Assembly (NCBI GenBank): GCA_043228905.1
Contig: JBHGNT010000013.1
Coordinates: forward strand, 12,648,001 to 12,712,000
Length of the DNA: 64,000 bases
Source of the DNA: Azolla caroliniana
Taxonomy: Eukaryota; Plantae; Polypodiophyta
Direction of reading: 5' to 3'
The stretch's first letter is position 1. Every line of letters starts with the position of its first letter. The position numbers and the translations under genes are program-made. Positions 60,074 through 64,000 of the stretch are shown here, in pieces. The notes beneath the pieces are model-generated. The model had not been told where the DNA came from, did not search any database, and saw nothing but the letters and a program-made list of their open reading frames with translations.

Positions 60074-62909
60074 TGTAAAAAACTAATAAAATAATTATTT
60101 TAGATTAGATTAGTGGCTTGGTATAAAAAGATAGACATCTTTAAGAGTTTCAAAATACATTTTACTACATATAAAATGGACAACTACATATCAAGTTATG
60201 TGGATATGAAGTTTGAGAAGATAGGAAACTTTAGGATCCAACTATATAAGCATATTGAAAACCATTAGTTTTTATCTATGTGTTAAGAGCACAAAAGAAA
60301 TGGTTGAAAGAGATGAAAATGAGAGATAAAATTTTTAAAGAAAGGAGCCAACAACCATATGAGTGGTCCAATATGAATATGAGAGATTATTCTTGAAAGA
60401 AAGGAGCCAACAACCATGTAAGGAGTGGTCTGATATCAATATGAGAGAGATTTCTTACCCCAAGGAATGGGAGAGAGAAGAAGGAAAAGAAAAAAAAAAA
60501 CTAGAGGGAAAAAATGGGACATATATTGAGCTCTTTGTTGATCCTCCTTTCCCAATGTTACTTTGCATGTCCACTTTTAGTTGCATGGCCTCTATTTTTA
60601 GTTGCATAGCCTCTACTTTTAGTTGCCTGCTTCCATTTTTAGTTGCATGGCCTTGGCTTTTAGTTGCATGCGACCATCCGTATAATTCGGCCAAATGACC
60701 CAATCATCCATAAAGTTTAGCCCGTGCGCAATCTATACGTGCGTCGCAACCAAACCATAGACGCGTCCAAGGGCAAAAGTCCCAACCGCGGAGTGTACGC
60801 ATCCACGCACGCACGCGTCCCGACCGCGTCGTGTACGCATCCACGCACACGCTCGTTCGTCCGAAACGTCCACGCAGTCGTGCACACGTACGCCGGAAAC
60901 TTGCACACACGCGTACGTCCTAAAACATGCACACGCGCATACGTCCGAAAACATCCACGCGGCCGTGCACACACACATACGCCCAAAGCGTTTGAGCCAC
61001 ACAGTTTGGCCCAAGTCACCTTGAACATTTTGTGCTCCACACATTGATAAAAGGAATATGTATGGTTTCCCTTATATATCCTGGGTTCCAATGTTGTCCT
61101 ATCTATGTGGGATATCTCACAGTTTTGTCTTTTCTTTTTTTTCTTCAAACTTCACACTCACGTAACTTGATACTTGTTTATCTGTTTCATGCGTAGTAAA
61201 ATACATTACGAAGCTCTTGAAGACATCTATCTTTCCATATGAATACATTAAGCTAATCTAAAATAATTGTTTTACTAGTTTTCATATCGTGTGTGAAAAC
61301 CACACGACATTCATCCCCACCAAACCTACACATCCACCGGTATGTGCCAATTGTGGTGAGGTTCCTCTTTTGATTATTCTACTTCATCGATGTTTCTTCT
61401 TTAAACCCGAACTGTCATTTCCATCCGATCCACCATATTCTTCGCTCACTCTTTGCATTTCCGTGGCTGGTTGCCATGGCTCCCTTTTCTCCTGTAGAAC
61501 ATAATGCTTCATGCCTTATGCATGTGCCACCTTCATCTCGACCATCTCCTTGGTCATCTAACTTTCTTTTATCATCGTTTCTTGTTCCATGCATGCCTTT
61601 CAAAGGCCTTATCGAAATACTATTGTTGAGTACTCTTAGTGATTCATTCTTCAACTGCATGCACATCTCGAGTTCCTTAAGTGAACACATTTCATGCTCC
61701 TCGCTTTTTCTACTTTCGTGGTATACTTTGGAGTTGACCATGACTTCCTTGTTGCACACACTAGCTTCAACCCTTGCTTCCTCTCCGCCACCGTTCTTCT
61801 CTTGGGTCTTACATCGGTTAATGCCCAAGTCTCTGAAACGAGTGTGGAGGGATTTATACGATTTTGTAGTTTGCCTTTGCCTTTGTTGTGCTACCCTTAG
61901 CCACTTCCGCCTTATGGTTGTTCGCATTGGCTTTGATCTTTGCTTCTTCACCACCACCTTCCGTCTCTTGGGTCTTACAGCGGTTAATGCCCAAGTCTCA
62001 AGAACTTTTGTGGGGAAAGTCCCTTCATCATCGTCGTCTACCCTCTTCATGTTATCGTCTCCCTCTTCTTCGCATGTGTTAGCTTCGGCCTTCACTTCCT
62101 CGCCGCCACCTTCCGTCTCTTGGGTCTCACGTTTGCTTTCCGACGCATCTGCCCAAGTCTCTGGAACAAGTGTGGAAAAAGTCTTGACACGGCCATCCGC
62201 CATTGATTCGTCCATAGCCACCTCTGACTCGATGTCATTTTTCGTGGCTATCTCCTCAATCATGTCGGCCTCACACTTTTTATCTCCCTTGATCATGCAA
62301 GCTTTGCTCATGCTTGCACCTTCATCACATGATGTTTCAGACACGATGCATGTTTCGAAACATTTGTCCTCGCTTGAAGTGGCATTCACCACCCTTGATT
62401 CATTGGTTTCATTCCTCATCATTGTTTCTTTGCAAGACGAGAAGGCGTCTTGTTCCACTCCTTCTCCCGTGGTGTTGTCGTACCGAACTTGGGCCTTCGT
62501 ATTGGTCGTATCAATACTCCACCTTTGTTGGGAGGTCTCTTCTTCCTTGATAACCATTTTAATCAGTTTTGGTTCCATTATAAGATTCTCTTTGGCTTCG
62601 ACTTGCACCTTTAAATTCTCATATACCTGATTTATGAAGGCCTCTATGTTGAGTACTATCGAACCTTCCCTCTTCAAGCTTTCTCCTTTAGATGGTAGTT
62701 TGAAGTTGCTTCCTGTCCTCCTTTCACCATTCCTCATGGGTTGTGTTGTTTTTTATGAGAATCTTGTCTTCCTCTTATCGTGTAGTTGACATATTGTTTC
62801 CACTTTCGTCCAATCCTCTGTGAGGCCATTTGCACCATCATCATCCTCAAGTCGGATTCCAATGGCCTTCCTTTCCTTCTGATCGATTAACTTCAATGAA
62901 AGGATATAT
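60074..62909 (-). mobile_element. Non-autonomous gypsy derivative: gag-like ORF directly followed by PPT and LTR
   Basis: 62760-62905 reads IGIRLEDDDGANGLTEDWTKVETIC, homologous to VGLLLETDDGLTTDWAVVKRVC in gag 14522-15319. ORF 61415-62737 follows. PPT GGGGATGAA then TGTCGTG at 61309. Far LTR end uncertain. Confidence 0.6.
61415..62737 (-). CDS. 440-aa charged, low-complexity gag-extension ORF with internal duplication
   Basis: Long open frame, E/K-rich; TQE..GGGEE...EA..C occurs twice. Confidence 0.55.
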   Translation of the reverse strand: MRNGERRTGSNFKLPSKGESLKREGSIVLNIEAFINQVYENLKVQVEAKENLIMEPKLIKMVIKEEETSQQRWSIDTTNTKAQVRYDNTTGEGVEQDAFSSCKETMMRNETNESRVVNATSSEDKCFETCIVSETSCDEGASMSKACMIKGDKKCEADMIEEIATKNDIESEVAMDESMADGRVKTFSTLVPETWADASESKRETQETEGGGEEVKAEANTCEEEGDDNMKRVDDDDEGTFPTKVLETWALTAVRPKRRKVVVKKQRSKPMRTTIRRKWLRVAQQRQRQTTKSYKSLHTRFRDLGINRCKTQEKNGGGEEARVEASVCNKEVMVNSKVYHESRKSEEHEMCSLKELEMCMQLKNESLRVLNNSISIRPLKGMHGTRNDDKRKLDDQGDGRDEGGTCIRHEALCSTGEKGAMATSHGNAKSERRIWWIGWK

Positions 62910-64000
62910 CGTTTCTACATCATCCCCAAAATCCACAAGCCCATTGTTGTAGGACGCCCTATTTGCGCCTACAACAATTATGTTTTCGAAAGAGCCTCTA
63001 AAGGGCTACACCATCTACTACATCCTGTCTTATTGTCTAAAAAACAACACCTCAAAGACTCCTTAATACTTGTTAAGGACCTAGCACACCACACCTTCCC
63101 CAAAACTTGCACGTTGTTTTCTTTTGACATAGTGTGACTATATCCCAGTATACCTACCACGGAAGGTCTATTGGTTTTTAAAAAATCTATTTCACATCAT
63201 TTCCCACCACACAAAACCAAAATCATTATGAGTGTTGCCGAACTTATACTTAGAAACAGTTTTCTCTCCTTTAATAATGCTTTTTGGTTACAAATTAAAG
63301 GCACCGCAATGGGTAGTAATTTTGCCGTTGTTTACGCTTGCTTGCTTCTTTCGCAGCTAGAGAACGACAACCTAACTTTCCAAACACCACAACTACTCTA
63401 CTACAAACGCTACATCGATGATGCTATAGGAGTTTGGGAAGGTTCCCCCGATACACTTCACACCTTCTTACACCAATACGGCGTGCCTCTACAACAACAC
63501 ATCCGTATTGAATCAACAACCTCCCCTAAAGAGATCACCATCCTGGAAGTCGTCTTCTTGAAAGGCCCATACTTTAAAGAATTCGGCATCCTCGACACCG
63601 CATGCCACCAAAAACCTTTCAATGCCTACATGTACCTCCCATGGAAATCCTCGCACCCCATAGCACACAAAAAGGGCTTCATCATGGGAGAACTAAAACG
63701 GTATGCTATCCGGGAGAGCTCGGAAAATGGCTACATGGAACTACGCAAAAATTTCTACGACCGCCTAAGAGCTAGGGGCTACCCGTCGAAGTTCCTACTC
63801 AAGTGTTTTTCGACCGTCCCCTACTCCATACGAAACCAACTACTCTCTAACCAACCCAACAAGAAAAAACCTCCACCCATTGTTTTTAAGTTTCGTTACT
63901 CCCCATGTATCAAAAAACTCCAAATCGGAGCGCTCGTGAGAAACAAACTTAAACCCCTTCTAGGACAACCACAATACAGTTCCCTTACACCCCCTCTCAC
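62910..64000 (+). mobile_element. Penelope-like element reverse transcriptase (5' truncated, runs off window)
   Basis: FYIIPKIHK..GRPI, SFDIV*LYPSI, QIKGTAMGS, RYIDD, YLPWKSSHP..KKG, LRARGYP. At least one stop and one frameshift. Confidence 0.9.

Noticed and set aside
61476-62630. 384-aa plus-strand ORF as a separate gene
   Set aside because: Ser/Leu/Phe-rich mirror of the E/K-rich minus-strand ORF.

Overview
Eukaryotic, repeat-saturated DNA, most likely heterochromatin of a non-seed land plant such as a fern (inferred from the TE spectrum and GT-AG introns). No intact host protein-coding gene was found. From left to right: (1) 0.5-9.4 kb, a minus-strand array of about 19 tRNA-Ser genes/pseudogenes carrying UGA, AGA and CGA anticodons on one tRNA body, invaded by an LTR, a LINE and a TRIM. 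(2) 11.2-21.8 kb, a chromovirus Ty3/gypsy with a second, tRNA-Trp-primed gypsy nested in its RT. (3) 23.7-35.6 kb, an 11.9-kb TIR DNA transposon with a Sola2-like DDD transposase and a convergent multi-exon cargo gene (RING-like finger, 13-aa repeats, degenerate FCP1/NIF phosphatase fold); one large intron of each gene is filled with the palindrome TAGCTAATTAGCTA. (4) 35.6-50.4 kb, a gypsy carrying a solo LTR and a nested gypsy whose extra 3' ORF has a TQT-motif cluster and a coiled coil. (5) 52-64 kb, a truncated copia, an intron-containing ParB-like plus DNA N6A/N4C-methyltransferase (DIPY) pseudogene, a LINE remnant, a gag-only LTR derivative and a Penelope-like RT. The best candidates for undescribed systems are the Sola-like element with cargo and palindrome arrays, and the ParB-methyltransferase fusion. 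Family assignments come from motif recognition by eye, not from database searches.
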